64,000 nucleotides of DNA, taken from contig CM075996.1 in assembly GCA_038087875.1 (NCBI GenBank), positions 8,868,001 to 8,932,000 on the forward strand, in the 5' to 3' direction. Numbering within the stretch: the stretch's first letter is position 1; each line of letters begins with the position of its first letter. This stretch comes from Malacoraja senta (lineage: Eukaryota). Under the pieces are notes generated by a model, which was not told where the DNA came from, made no database searches, and was given only the letters and a program-made list of their open reading frames with translations. Position numbers and translations under genes: made by a program. Positions 47,401 to 60,534 of this stretch are shown one piece after another.

Positions 47401-49505
47401 CAATATGTCTTTGTTTCCTTAATGTTGCCAAGGCTGGTTTTAATATCTTGGTAAATAGTCTAGGGCTGATGTCAACCCATTAGGCAACGCTTTATACTGC
47501 CATAGTTGCCCCATCCAGGTAAATTTCAGGTGTCTGCGATGACCCTTATGAATGGGTACTGAATATTAGGCATCTTTTAAATCAATGCTTCCCATAAAGT
47601 ATCCTTTGGAAATCAGTTGTTTGGCAGTTACAAATGTTTCCATTTTGAAATGTACATACTTAACAAAGGTATTTAGTGAGGTTAAGTCAATGATGATGCG
47701 ACATACACCATCTTTTTTGTTTTTGGTAAATATATTTGAGACAAATTCCAAAGGTTCATGTTTGGATTTCTCAATGACACCCTTTGTAAGTAACCTCACC
47801 AGTTCTGCTTGACCCTCTAGTTTCTCTTTGACTGAGAGGGTAAAGACCCTTTGGGGTACGTGCTGAACTGGTGGCATGTTTTCTTGAATGAACTCTATTT
47901 TGTATCCCCGAATACTGTTAAGTATATAACTATCATTCGTGAGACACCTCCATGCTTCAATGAACAGGTGTAATCTCCCCCCTGTTAGTACAGTTCCCCC
48001 ACTTTTACATGCTGGTAGGAACCAGACCCACCTACCTCCATAGTTATGGTAGTGTTCCTTTCTTCCGTTTGTTCATCCGTCGTTGTACTGCTGGATGTAC
48101 TGCTGATTGGGGGTGGCGCATTTTCCATGGGGTCCGCTTTCGGGGATAGTATGCAGACCCCGAGCTTTCACCAGTTCCATAAATTTGATCTCGACTGGTG
48201 GACGCGGTGGGGTACTGCTGTCTGTTTTTTTTTGTGTGGGTCTGCTCGTTCCGGGGCCTGCCCTCATGAGGCCAAATGCTTTGGACTCTTCCTCCAGGTC
48301 TTTCACTTGCCCTTCCAAATAACAGGATCTGCGGCTCTGAGGCCGGTGTTTTACACAGTCCTGCAAACCTGGGATTGAGGGCAGGTCTTATTCTCTCCTT
48401 GCGGAGGTTGTTTATCTCATATTGGGTGTTGCACAGCAGAGCCAGAGTGTCCTGCTGGTTTGTGGTCATGTCCACCCCATCCACGGAACGAGCATAGGAT
48501 GTTATCCCTGTTATCAGGAGCTTGAGGATGCGTTGTAATTTTAGCTCCTGGCTCCGGATCCTCTGTCCAACATACCCCCCCTGATTTTGTAGGGGTTTGA
48601 GGGACAGGTGGGTAATGCTGTCCGCCAGATTTGGCTGGAACGGCCGCCCTGCTCGTGGTGTAACCACGTAGCGAATCTCCACACCCAGCAGCTCTTCCTG
48701 ATCCTGTACCCCAAGCGTACTCCCGATATCTTCAGCCAATGACCCCTGTTGCTGACCAGCCCAGCCCAGGTCGCCAACACTGCCCTCGGCTGAGGGGAAA
48801 GTGATGGCCAGTGCATTGTAGAGCACTGATGTGGGAGTGCCTGAGTTCCCTTGGCGAGACTGCTCCAGCTCCCGAAGCAAGTCTCGCTGGAGCATTTGCT
48901 CCATGAGCCTTTCCATGCGGCTCAGGCAGCTAGCTCTGCCGCTCTAAGGCGGAGAGTCCTGCTCATCGGAGTGAGACATAACCGGGCGGTATGTTTTTTG
49001 CCTTGATTTGCCTCCAGCCCGCTGCTGTTCATCAGGCTACGCTAGCGGTACTGGGCTCGGCTCGGTCTCGATGAGGGTGGACCGCAGCATATGCGGTCCA
49101 GGTGCCGCCTCTCGCCCCCCACTGATGGGACACTCCCGTTCTGTTGGATTCGAACGGGGGGCGGTTTTCTTCCTTTGCCATGCTTTACTCATTTTCACAG
49201 GAATACAGAGCAGAGCACAGCTTGCTGATTAAGACCTCAGAGTAAGACTTACCTGATGGTCCGCTGTTTAAACTTGTAGCGGGAGCGCCTGTACTCCCGG
49301 TCGTCGCTGTTGCACTGCGTGAACGCTAATGTCGCGCATGCGTGCTGGACGGGCTCTTCACGTAGTCACTCACGTGACTCCGAAGTAAAATTGTAAATTC
49401 TCCCTAGTGTGTAGGATAGTGATAGTGTACGGGGTGATTACTGGTCAGTGTGAATTCAGTGGGCCTAAGGGCATGTTTCCACACTATATCCCTAAAGTCT
49501 AAAGT
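44485..49505 (+). mobile_element. V-SINE split by the DIRS element (44485-44668 + 49392-49505)
   Basis: The SINE reads through when DIRS is removed. Confidence 0.85.
44669..49391 (-). mobile_element. DIRS tyrosine-recombinase retrotransposon, full structure, degenerate ORFs
   Basis: ITRs 44746-44781 / 49328-49363 and ICR 44894-45006. gag-like 48916-48044. RT IDLKDA, MA*LDD. RH TDASAQGWGA. MT-like IDLFAS..DAF..YAFPPF. YR HSTRAAS. Confidence 0.95.
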
Positions 49506-49579
49506 CCTACATAGTTCCATCAAAGCTCAACGTATAACATTACTTCTATTCCTGTATAACTCAATAACTCTATCACTAA

Positions 49580-50187
49580 AGGGCCTGTCCCACTTAGGCT
49601 ATTTTTTAGGCGACTACAGGCGACTAGGCTGTCGCCACATGGTCGCCGGGGTATCGCCTGTATGGTCGTGAATAGTCTCCTCAGTCGCCCAAAGAGTCGT
49701 AGCGACCTTCTTGTCGCCGCTGGATTTTCAACGTGTTCAAAAAATTTAGGCGACAGTGGGTTTGACGCCAATGAGCGTAGCTTGACTTCTCCTGACGTAG
49801 GTGCTGTCGTAGATTGTCGCCAGGTGATGTAGGTTGTCGCCTGTGCTGACTTTGGTGAATTCCATTGGCGACTACCTACGTCAACCTACGACAGGTACCA
49901 GCGACTGAATTGTCTTCAGTTGTTGCCGACAGGGTCGTAGCTTGACTTCGGTTGTCATAGGTTGTCGCCTGTGTGGTCGCAGGTTGTCGTAGGTGTGGTC
50001 GTAGGTGGACGTCCTAATGGGTCCCTGGTTGTCGGTAGCTTGCCCTAGCTTGACGTCGACTAGGTGTTTTAGCTTGTCGTAGACATTGTCGTAGGGGGGG
50101 TCCAGTCGACGTTTTTTCGACGACCTGCTACGACTATGACAGTCGCCGGCAGTCGCCTAAAAAAATCACCTAAGTGGGACAGGTCCT
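49580..50187. mobile_element. Harbinger-type MITE with internal (GTCGT/GTAG)-rich short repeats
   Basis: TIRs AGGGCCTGTCCCACTTAGG / CCTAAGTGGGACAGGTCCT, TAA TSD. Confidence 0.9.
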
Positions 50188-50899
50188 TAACTCCTTTAGA
50201 TCGCTTCGATGGTGAGGAGCTCTGTACCCATAATGCACCTGGCAATGTCTCCCACTCTCTGACACCTCTTTCGTTCTTGGGTTTTCAAGTTCCTAATTAA
50301 GGTTGTGAAGCAAATTGTAAATATCTCTCTACCGTACACCTTTCAAAGTTCCATATTCATTCACATACCCAGTCACCTCAATCTATTAAGGAAATGGAGA
50401 TGTTGATGAGCTTGCTTTGTGATTGCATCAATGTGCTTGACCCAGGGTAAATCTTCAGAGATGTGCATGGCCAGGAAGTTGGAGCTGTCGACTCTCTCCA
50501 CTGCCGTCCTGTTGATAAAGGCAAGTTCATGGATCCCCAGCTTTCCCCTCCTGACGTTAACAATCAGCTCCTTGGTCTTGCTAAAGTTGAGAGCAAGGTT
50601 GTGTAGGAAAGAACTGCAGATGCTGGTTTAAATCGAAGATAGATGCAAAATGCTGGAGAAACTCAGTGGGACAGGCAGCATCTCTGGAGAGAAAGAATAG
50701 GTGACGTTTCGGGTTCGAGACTCTTCTTCAGCCTGATGTCAGGGTACATAGATAAGGGTAGGTAGACAAAAATGCTGGAGAAACTCAGCGGGTGAGGCAG
50801 CATCTATGGAGCGAAGGAAATAGGCAACGTTTCGGGTCAAAACCATTCTTCAGACTCAATAGGCAACGTTTCAAGTCGAAACCCTTCTTCAGACCTTCT

Positions 50900-52532
50900 T
50901 TTTTTAAATTTTTATTTTTTAATCTTTTATTTATTAGAAGTACATTACATTACAACCACATACATTAGTGCTCGTCACTTATGTCTTCTTACAATGAATG
51001 TACTCCATTTATTTTTTTACACTAGAAAAGGAAAAGATTGAAAGAAAGAAGAAAGTGAAGGAAAAAGTGAGAGTGTAGAAAATGTGACAACAAAAAAGGA
51101 CGAAGACCCTATAAGAACAAAATTAAAAACAAAAGAAAAAGAGTTAAGAAATAGACCCTAGAAAAGAAAGAGAAAGAGAAAGAGGAAAAAGAGAGAAACA
51201 AATATTTTTATGAGCATTACGCAAATGGGACATACCAACTCTTCAACTATCATCCCCCCTTACCTGACCTCAATTTTTTTTTTTAAAGGTACCTTTGCAC
51301 CCTATATTTGTAATAATTCTATAAATGCAGACCACGTCAGGTGGAAGTGATCTGGTTTACCTGCTAGGAGGAGTCTTATCTCTTCAAGGTGTAATGTTTC
51401 GAACATATTTGAAATCCACATGTTTATAGTTGGTATTGGAGCCTTCTTCCAAAATTTTAGAATTAGCTTTTTTCCAGTTATTAACCCATAGTCTATTAGT
51501 TTCTTTTGAAACACATTTAGTTCTGGACCATCTTCCGTTATTCCGAAGATAATCCATTCTGCTTTGGGTATCAGTCTTATTTTAAATAACTTTGTAAAGA
51601 TTTCAAAAATTTAATTCCAAAATTTTTGAATTTTTGTACAGAAAACGAATGAGTGTGCTTCTTGGGATTGACATTTCTCACAAATAGATGATACATTTGG
51701 GAAAATTTTATGAATTTTAGTTTTCGAATAATATAATCTATGTAAAATTTTAAATTGTATTAAAGTGTGTCTTACATTAATCAAACATTTATGCACGTTT
51801 AATAAGTGTTCATTCCAACTTTCCTTTGAAATTTTAATAGCTAACTCTTGTTCCCAGTCTCTTCTGATACCCTCCGTAGATGGTATTTGTACATTTAAGA
51901 TAATATTATACAAATATGATATTACGTTTGCTGATTCCGCTTTTATCTGCATTGCCTCATCCAATACATCTGCTGGGTTATTATAATGATCTTTTGTATA
52001 TTTTTTCAAATAGTCGCATATTTGAAAATATTTAAAATATTGATTATTTCCGAGTTTATATTTTATTTGTAATTGTTGAAATGAAAGTAATTATCCAGTT
52101 TCATACAAGTCACCAAGCGTTTTAATTCCTAGTCTATCCCAATGTGTAAAAGCTTTATCTATAATAGAGGGATTAACTATAGGTAATAAAAGTGATAAAT
52201 TTCTTAATTTTAAATTTTGTTTTATTTGTTTCCAAATTCGGATTGTACTATGAATAATTGGGTTCTTATTATAATTTATATTATTCAATTTCATTGGAGA
52301 GAGGAGGATCGCTCCAATGTTTCCAGAGGAGCAATCCTCTTTCTCCATTACAATCCAGTCCACTTGCTGGGCGGAGTTATCCATCAGTTGAATCATATTT
52401 TTAATATTTACTGACCAATAATAATACATAAAATTAGGTAGTGCTAAACCCCCTAATACTTTAGGTTTATTCAGATGAGTTTTTTGTATTCTATGTGATT
52501 TATAGTCCCATATAAAATTAGTGATATCTCAG
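50900..52532 (-). mobile_element. 5'-truncated L1-clade LINE (ORF2 C-terminus, 3'UTR, polyA)
   Basis: QFKILHRLYY and C-terminal CCHC-like ICEKC..H..C. T-rich tail at 50900. 11-bp TSD TCAGACCTTCT (50889-50899, 52533-52543). Confidence 0.9.
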
Positions 52533-53276
52533 TCAGACCTTCTACCTTCGATTTTCCAGCATCTGCAGTTCCTTCTTATACATCGATAAGGAAGTGTGTA
52601 GCTAAAGAAGTATAAGGTGTGAAACAGGACCAAGGGAATGGAGATCAAGGAAAATGCAGAATAGATCATTGTTAGTTGGGAGAAGGTAGCAACAAAACAG
52701 AGAAGGTAGCAATAAAGTGTAGTTGTATACTGTAAGACTAGTCGGACAACTGGGAAGGGGGAGGGGATGGAGAGAGAGCGAAAGCAGTGGGAACGAAGTA
52801 GTTGAGAGCAAGGTTGTTGTTCAGGCACCATTCATTCAGATCATCAATCTTCCTCCTGTAACATTGTTATCCATTATTTGTCCAACAAAGGCAGTATCGT
52901 CTGCGAATGTTGTGGTTATATTTATTGTTGCACCTATCATTACCATTATACTGTCTACTTTGGTTTATGTGAACAAGGAATTTCATTGCAGCCTGGTGTA
53001 TATGACAATAACCTAATCTAAATCTTGCAATAAAGACTGACATAGCATTTGCCTTCCTAATTGCTTTTTATACTTGGTACATTAACTTTCAGCGTACAAG
53101 AACACCGACATCCCTTCAAACACCAGTACCAATCAATTTCTCACTATTTAAAGAATACTATGACTTGGACAGAAATGTAGGTGGGTTGATTAGTAAGTTT
53201 TCAGATGACACAAAGATGACTCGAGTTGCAGGCAGTGAGGAAGGTTGTCAAAGTATACAGCGGGCTATAGATCAGC

Positions 53277-53666
53277 GAGAGGAAGATGACCAAGTATGAA
53301 GAGCTGGTCATAGACTGCCGTAAGCAGGGCTGGAAGGCAAGGTGTATGCCCATCGAGGTTGGCTGCAGAGGTTTTGCAGGGCAATCGCTCCACAAAGCCT
53401 TGAGTGCACTTGGCATCAACGGAATGGAGAGGAGAAGAGCCATCAAGAACACCAGAGAGGCAGCGGAGAAGGCCTCGAGATGGCTCTGGATCAGGAGAGA
53501 AGGTCCATGGGGAGGAGCGAATGCCACATGAACACAAGTCGTGGTCTGATCAACCACGGCTGGGTCGCCTGGGTGAGGGTGTCTGATGTTGAAAGACCCG
53601 AAACACCCAATGAACCCAGGTTACATCACTGATGATGTGTTCAGGAGCATCTATAGATGTATTTTT
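53277..53666 (+). mobile_element. 3' fragment of an RLE-type (HERO/NeSL-like) non-LTR retrotransposon
   Basis: K..KYEELV..CR..GW....PIEVGCRGF..AEKASRWLW, typical of the restriction-like endonuclease C-terminus. Inserted in an old CR1 with an ATCAGC duplication. Confidence 0.75.
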
Positions 53667-53916
53667 ATATCAGCTACAGCAACGGACAATGGCAGATGCA
53701 GCTTAATCCGAGTAAGTGTAAAGTGCTGCACTTTGGGAGGTCAAATCTAAGGTGCAATCAAATGATGGTGGAATCAGTGTCTTTGAATACTGTTACGGTG
53801 GACTGATACTTGATAAACAGAGGGTGAAAGGTGACCAGGGGCTGACGGAAACACATGAGGTGATGCACTTTGGAAGTCAAACTAAAGGAGAAAGATAACT
53901 AACGGCAGAACCCTAA

Positions 53917-54297
53917 AGGGCCTGTCCCACTTTCCCGAGTTATTCACGAATTCTCCTGAGTTTTCCCCTTGATTCAAACTCGCAGAATGTTCGTAATAAG
54001 TCCGTAGGAGTCCGTGGATATATCGTAGCGGCTCGTTATGCCAGCCGTAGGTACTCGGGGCATCAGGGAAGTCGGGACGTTTTTTCCAGCCTGATAAAAA
54101 ATGTCCACGGGTAAAAAAATAGCCCCGAGTACCTACGGCTGGCATAACGAGCCGCTAAGATATATCCACGGACTCCTACGACCTCCTACGGACTCGTTAC
54201 GAACATTCTGCGAGTTTGAATCAAGGGGAAAACTCGGGAGAATTCGTGAATAACTCAGGAGAATTCGTGGATAACTCGGGAAAATGGGACAGGCCCT
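53917..54297. mobile_element. Palindromic Harbinger-type MITE
   Basis: Same 15-bp TIR, about 140 bp inverted arms, flanks TAA/TAG. Confidence 0.88.
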
Positions 54298-54334
54298 TAG
54301 CAGCAGTGATATACAAAGAGATCTTGGGGTCTAA

Positions 54335-54994
54335 AGGGCCCGTCCCACTTGGCCATCATTTGCGTGCCATTTACGCGACCTGGTAGCGTGTGGGTAGTGT
54401 GTGGGTAGCGCGGAACAGGCGCATGGAGTGGCCTGGAGTGTGGAGTTGCGCGCGGTATCGCACAGCGCTCCAGGATTTCGTTCTGCACGAAATCTTCGCG
54501 CGCCACCGGCCTGTCGTGTAAATGACGGCCAAGTGGGACGCCCTGGCGCGGCGCAACGTCTCACCTCCAACAGCAGCAGAAGCAGGCAAGCGATCGGCGA
54601 GCTCGGCCTGGGGCTCACGGCCGTTGCGGATCCGGATCCGTCCCCACTCCTACTTCCAGAGCGGGGCCAAGACGATTGGAGATAGACACAAAATGCAGGA
54701 GTAACTCAGCGGGACGGCAGCAGCTCTGGAGAGAAGCAATGGGTGACATTTCTGGTCGAGACTCTTCTTCAGACTGAAGAAGAGTCTCGACCCGAAACAT
54801 CATCCATTCCTTCTCTCCAGAGCAGCTGCCGGTCGCGCAAAGTTACTCCTGCATTTAGTGTCTAGCTTCAAATGATGTCACGCGCTCCAGTCGGCTGTGC
54901 GGACGCATGAAGTCGCGCGCCATCGTCACGCGACTGTCGCGCATCAGTCACTACCGGCCTGTCGCGTAAATGACGGCCAAGTGGGACAGGCTCT
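54335..54994. mobile_element. Harbinger-type MITE carrying a Penelope-derived hairpin
   Basis: TIRs, TAA TSD, internal TIR copy at ~54518-54540. Confidence 0.85.
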
Positions 54995-55819
54995 TAAGTC
55001 CACTGCTCCCAGAAAGTGACAATACAATCGATGGAGTGGTTTAGAGTTTAGTTTTCAAGATACAGCGCGGAAATAGGCCCTTCGGCCCACCAGTCTGCAC
55101 TGACCAGTGAACCCCACACACTAATACCATCCTACACACACTGGGAACAATTTACTATTTTTACCACGCCAATTAACCTACAAACCTGTACGTCTTTGGG
55201 GTGTGGGAGGAAACTGGAACACCCGGGGAAAACCCACGAAGGTGATGGGGAGACCGTACAAACTCCGCCCAGACAGTGTTAAGAGAGGTATCTTGAGTGG
55301 TATCTTGCCTACATCGGTCGGGCATTGACTATAAGACTCAGGAAGTCGTGTGGCAGTTCCAAGGCAGCATTTGGAGAATTGCGTGCAGTTCAGGGCACCC
55401 CATAACAGGAAGGACGTGGGGGCTTTGGAGAGGATGCAGAAGAGGTGCACCAGAGTTTTGCCTTGATTGAGGGCATTAGCTATAAACAAGTTGGCCAAAT
55501 TTGGATTGTTTTCTCTGGAATGCCGGAGGTTGAGGGGAAACCTAATAGAAGCCTATAACGGGTAAGAGAGGCGTGGATCATCAGAACCTTTTCTTCAGGG
55601 TGGAAATGTCAAAGACTGGAGGTTGCAGCTGGAAGTGAAAGGTGGAAAGTTTAAAGGACATATGCAGGGCAAGTCTTTCAACACTGAGGGTGATGAGTGC
55701 CTGAAATGCACTGCCAATGGTGATGGTGAAGCAGATACGAAAGTGACATTTAAGAGGCTTGAAGATAGGCACATGGAGATGTAGGAAATGAAGGAATATG
55801 AATGATGTGCAGGCAAACA

Positions 55820-56767
55820 GGCAGCACGGTGGCGCAGCGGTAGAGTTGCTGCCTTAAGGGCCTGTCCCACTGTACGAGCTAATTCAAGAGTTCTGCCGAG
55901 TTTCCCCTGATTCGAACTCGGAGAATTACGGTAATAGCCGCTTGTAGGTACTCGAGGCTCTCGTGGACATTTTTCAACATGTTGAAACATCTTCACCAGT
56001 CTTCACGAGCTTACCGAGTTTCCCGAGTGCCTGCCGTTAGCGTTACGAGCCGCTAAGAGACGTCCCGAGCTCCGACGTACCCGCTACGTACATTCTACGT
56101 GCTTACCACGAGTTAGTTTTTTTTTTAAACTCGGGAGAGCTCTTGAATTACCTCGTACAGTGGGACAGCCCCTTTACAATGCTTACAGCGCCAGAGACCG
56201 GGTTTGATCCTGACTACAGTTGCTGTCTGTACGGAGTTTGTACGTTTTTTTTTATCGTTTAGAGTTTAGAGATACAGCGCGGAAACAGGCCCTTCGGCCC
56301 ACCGGGTCCGCGCCGACCAGCGATCCCTGCATATTAACACTATCCTACACCCACTAGGAACCGTTTTTACATTTACCAAGCCAATTAACCTACAAACCTG
56401 TACGTCTTTGGAGTGTGGGAGGAAACCGAAGATCTCGGAGAAAAACCCATGCAGATCACGGGGAGAACGTGCAAACTCCGTACAGACAGTGCCTGTAGTC
56501 GGGATCGAACCCGGGTCTCCGGCGCAGCAACGCTACCGCTGTGCCACCGTGACTGTCAAGTGACCTGCGTTGGTTTTCTCCGGGATCTTCGGTTTCCTCC
56601 CACACTCGAAAGACGTACAGGTTTGTAGGTTAATTGGCTTGGTCTAAATGTAAATTGTCCCTAGTGTGTGTAGGGATCGTGTGTTAATGTGTGGGGATCG
56701 GTCGGCGTGGACTCGGTGGGCCGAAGGGCCTGTTTCCACGTTCTATCTCTAAACTAAACTAAACTAA
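55820..56767 (+). mobile_element. V-SINE containing a MITE and an antisense V-SINE (56256-56550)
   Basis: The three host fragments are collinear with the SINE consensus. Further copies at 28330-28515, 55040-55278, 58548-58853, 62030-62320, 63453-63780 and 63827-64000. Confidence 0.85.
55857..56173. mobile_element. Harbinger-type MITE inserted in a V-SINE head
   Basis: TIR AGGG(C/G)CTGTCCCACTGTACGAG, TTA TSD. Confidence 0.9.
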
Positions 56768-56965
56768 ATGAGATCAATTGACCTTGGCATCATGCTGGGT
56801 GCAGGCATTGTGAGTTGAAGGGCCTATTCCTGTTGTACAGTTGTTAGGTTCTATGTCCTTATTTATTCCACCATATTGAATGACCACAGATTTTCCACAT
56901 GTCTGCAACGTTGCAGTGTTTTAGCAAGTCCCATATTTCAGTGTTATTCTCTGCTCTTTACTCAC

Positions 56966-57078
56966 CTTGCTGGTTTTCGACAGGATAGCTCTCGATGGCG
57001 AAGTTGCCCTGGATCTTGCAGGTGTTGCTGGAACCAGCTTCATGGATTTATCCGAGCCAAAGACCCATTCTTTTCTTC
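56966..57078 (-). CDS. FAM227A: FAM227A-like internal exon (G-RKEWVFGSDKSMKLVPATPARSRATSPSRAILSKTSK)
   Basis: TTTTATAG acceptor, GTGAGT donor, 113 nt, phase 1 to 0, open and in register with neighbouring exons. Confidence 0.75.
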
Positions 57079-57213
57079 CTATAAAATAGACAAATCCTTA
57101 CGATGGAAACCATTGCACGTTGCTGCAGACTACCAACTCACGTCTACACTCGTTCACAGGGATGGTGAAATAGTGCAGACATAACCGGTATTAAAGAACA
57201 AGGCTTTAAGTAT

Positions 57214-57903
57214 AGGTCCTGTCCCACTTACGTGTACTTGGCACGCAAATTACGCGACCTCGTCGTCGCGTTGGGGCGCACGGACATCGTGTGGCCACGC
57301 AGGGCCGGTCCCACTGAGAAGCGCGGAGGTGTATGGAGTCGTGCGCGACATCTCGCGGCGCTCCGAAATTTTGTAGCGAACAAAATCTTCGCGCGACAGG
57401 CCAGTGGGACAGGCCCAAAAGTGGGACAGGCCCAAGACCCTGCCGCGACGCAACATCTCACCTTCAACAGCAGCAGAAGCAGGCAAACGATCGCCGAGCT
57501 CGGCCTGGGGCTCACGGCCTTTGCGGATCCGGTCCGCCCCCACTTCTACTCCCAGAGCGGGGCCAAGAAAATTGAAGATAGACACAAAATGCAGGAGTAA
57601 CTCAGCGGGACCGGCAGCATCTCTGGAGAGAAGCAATGGGTGACGTTTCAGGTCAAGACCCTTCTTTTCAGACTGAAGAAGAGTCTCGACACGAAACGTC
57701 ATCCATTGCTTCTCTCCAGAGATGCTGCCGGTCCCGCTGAGTTACTCCAGCATTTTATGTCTGTCTTCAAATGACGTCACGCGCTCCAGACGGCTGGGCG
57801 GGCGCAGGAAGTCGCGCGCAACCTTCGCGGGACCGTCGCGCCTCAATGCGACCATGAGTTTGCGTAATTAGTATGCCAATGACACGTAAGTGGGACAGGG
57901 GCT
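57214..57903. mobile_element. Harbinger-type MITE related to 54335-54994
   Basis: TIR core CCTGTCCCACTTACGTGT at both ends, shared internal segment, flanks TAT/TAA. Confidence 0.82.
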
Positions 57904-59219
57904 TAAGTAAGTAAGTAAGTAAGTTTATTGGCCAAGTATTCACATACAAGGAATTTGCCTTGGTGCTCCGCCCACAAGTAACAACATGACATAGTGACAG
58001 TTACGAATGACTCAGAAAACACTAAACATTAATAATAATAAAACATTCATGATAAAACACCATTGATCAAGCATGTGAACAACAAAATACCAGATTAAAG
58101 GGCGGCTACAGATTTTTGGCTGTTGAGTAGAGCAACTACTCGTGGATAAAAACTGTTTTTATGTCTGGCTGTGGCAGCTTTGACAGTCCGGAGTCGCCTT
58201 CCAGAGGGAAGTGATTCAAAGAGTTTGTGGCCAGGATGAGAGGGGTCAGAGATGATCTTGCCCGCTCGCTTCCTGGCCCTTGCAGTGTACAGTTCATCAA
58301 TGGAGGGAAGGTTGCAGCCATTAACCTTCTCTGCTGATCGGACGATTCACTGCAGCCTCCAGGTGTCGCGCTTGGTGGCTGAGCCAAACCAGACCATGAT
58401 GGAGAAGGTGAGAACAGACTCAACGATGGCCGTGTAGAATTGGACCATCATTGCCTGTGGCAGATTGTGTTTCCTCAGCTGCCGTAGGAAGTACATCCTC
58501 TGTTGGGCCTTTTTGACTGTGGAGTCGATGGTAGCCCCCCATTAAAGGTTTAGATTAGAGATACAGTGCAGAAACAGGCCCATCGGCCCACCTAGTCCGC
58601 GCCAACCAGCCATCCCCGCACATTCACACTACCATACACACACTAGGGTAATTGTACATTCATACCAAGCCATTTAACCCCCAAACCCGTACATCTTTGG
58701 AGTATGGGAGGAAACCGAGCATCTCGGAGAAAACCCATACGGTCACGGGGAGAACGTACAAACTATGTAAAGACAAGCACCCATGGTCAGGATCGAACAC
58801 GGGTCTCTGAGTGCTGTAAGGCAGCAACTCCACCGCAGCGCCACCGTGCCGCCCTTAGGGTTACAAAAGCAACTGACATTTTGTGCAAAATTATTCCATC
58901 TCAGGATTTCTTACACCTTTCATTTTCTCTGTCATAACTTGCTGCTCATCGCCATGTTCCCACATCAACATGTCTACCACTGCTCTCCTGCCACCCTTTC
59001 CTCCTTATCCTCTCCACCTCATCTCACTCCTTCTCCTTATCATAACTTTCACTCTCCCTTTCTCTCTACTCTTTCTCCTTACCAAACCTTTCCCTCTCTT
59101 CATCAGCACCCCCCCTTCTCTCCTTTGCCCCCTCTAGCAACTTGTTGCCTCTTCTGTTAACTGCTCCTCTTTTCAGTCAGTTAATAATCTAGAATCTAAG
59201 AGAAAAATTAAGCAGGTCA

Positions 59220-59775
59220 TGTTCATAAGTGATAGAGGCAGAATTATGCCATTCGGCCCATCAAGTCTACTGCACCATTCAATCATGGCTGATCTATCTC
59301 TCCCTCCTAACCCCATTCTCCTGCCTTCTCCCCATAACCCCTGACACCTGTACTAGTTAAGAATCTATCTATCTCTGCCTTAAAAATATCCATTGACTTG
59401 GCCTCCACAGCCTTCTGTGGCAATGAATTCCACAGATTCACCACCCTCTGACTAAAGAAATTCCTCCTCATCTCCTTCCTAAAGGAACGACCTTTAATTC
59501 TGAGGCTGTGACCTCTGGTCCTAGACTCTCCCACTAGTGGAAACATCCTCTCCACATCCACTCTATCCAGGTCTTTCACTATTCGGTAAGTTTCAATGAG
59601 GTCCCCCCTCATCTTTCTAAGAGCTAGACAGAGCTCTTAAAGATAGCAGTCAAGGGATATGGGGAGAAGGCAGGAACGGGAAACTGACTGTGGATGATCA
59701 GCCATGATAACATTGAATGGCGGTGCTGGCTCGAAGGGACGAATGGCCTACTCCTGCACCTATTGTCTATTGTCT
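59220..59775. mobile_element. Two CR1 3' fragments in opposite orientation; a related piece lies at 40925-41175
   Basis: ORF2 C-terminus on minus, then a plus-strand 3'UTR and tail. Confidence 0.85.
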
Positions 59776-59881
59776 AAGCCACTCATTCCTGGGATCAGGT
59801 CCTTGCTTTACATTGTCAGAGCTGCTGGGCTGGGTCTTTGCATGCAGTGAATATCCAACTCATCTTCCCTTTTCGTTTTAC

Positions 59882-59995
59882 CTCTCTTATTTTGGTCTCC
59901 GTCCTGCGTGGTCCGCAGTCCCATCTCTTTGACCTCATGCGGCAGCAAGACATCACAGTTCCAGTTTCTATATATCCTTGGAGTCGGGCGAATCC
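59882..59995 (-). CDS. FAM227A: FAM227A-like internal exon (G-IRPTPRIYRNWNCDVLLPHEVKEMGLRTTQDGDQNKR-G)
   Basis: Polypyrimidine/CAG acceptor, GTAAAA donor, 114 nt, phase 1 to 1. Resembles the recalled FAM227 G..P.P..Y..W segment. Confidence 0.8.
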
Positions 59996-60334
59996 CTGGA
60001 GAAAACAAAGGGGGCTCAGTGTGGGTCTGACACACAACAGGCGAGGATTACGTGAGGGTAGAAGCAAAGGTACACGGATAGGACAGGTTTAGAGGAATAC
60101 GGGCCAAATGCGGACGCGGGACTAGTGTAGATGGGACATGTTGGTCACCGTGGACAAGTTGGGCTGAAGGGCCTTTTCCACACTGTATGACTCTCTGACA
60201 CACAAATGGAACAGGGGTAAGTACTTCTCTGAATGCTGCGGTGCAAGAGCATGGACGTCACGGACTCATGCAGCACAGCAAGAGGACATTCGACCCAACT
60301 TGCCCATGCCCACCAAGGTGCCCCATCTAGGCTA

Positions 60335-60534
60335 NNNNNNNNNNNNNNNNNNNNNNNNNNNNNNNNNNNNNNNNNNNNNNNNNNNNNNNNNNNNNNNNNN
60401 NNNNNNNNNNNNNNNNNNNNNNNNNNNNNNNNNNNNNNNNNNNNNNNNNNNNNNNNNNNNNNNNNNNNNNNNNNNNNNNNNNNNNNNNNNNNNNNNNNNN
60501 NNNNNNNNNNNNNNNNNNNNNNNNNNNNNNNNNN
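60335..60534. other. Assembly gap (200 N)
   Basis: Run of N. Confidence 1.

Noticed and set aside
49620..50160. Regularly recurring short motifs suggestive of a CRISPR-like array
   Set aside because: Irregular 5-6 bp microrepeats inside a TIR-bounded MITE in a vertebrate, with no repeat-spacer periodicity.
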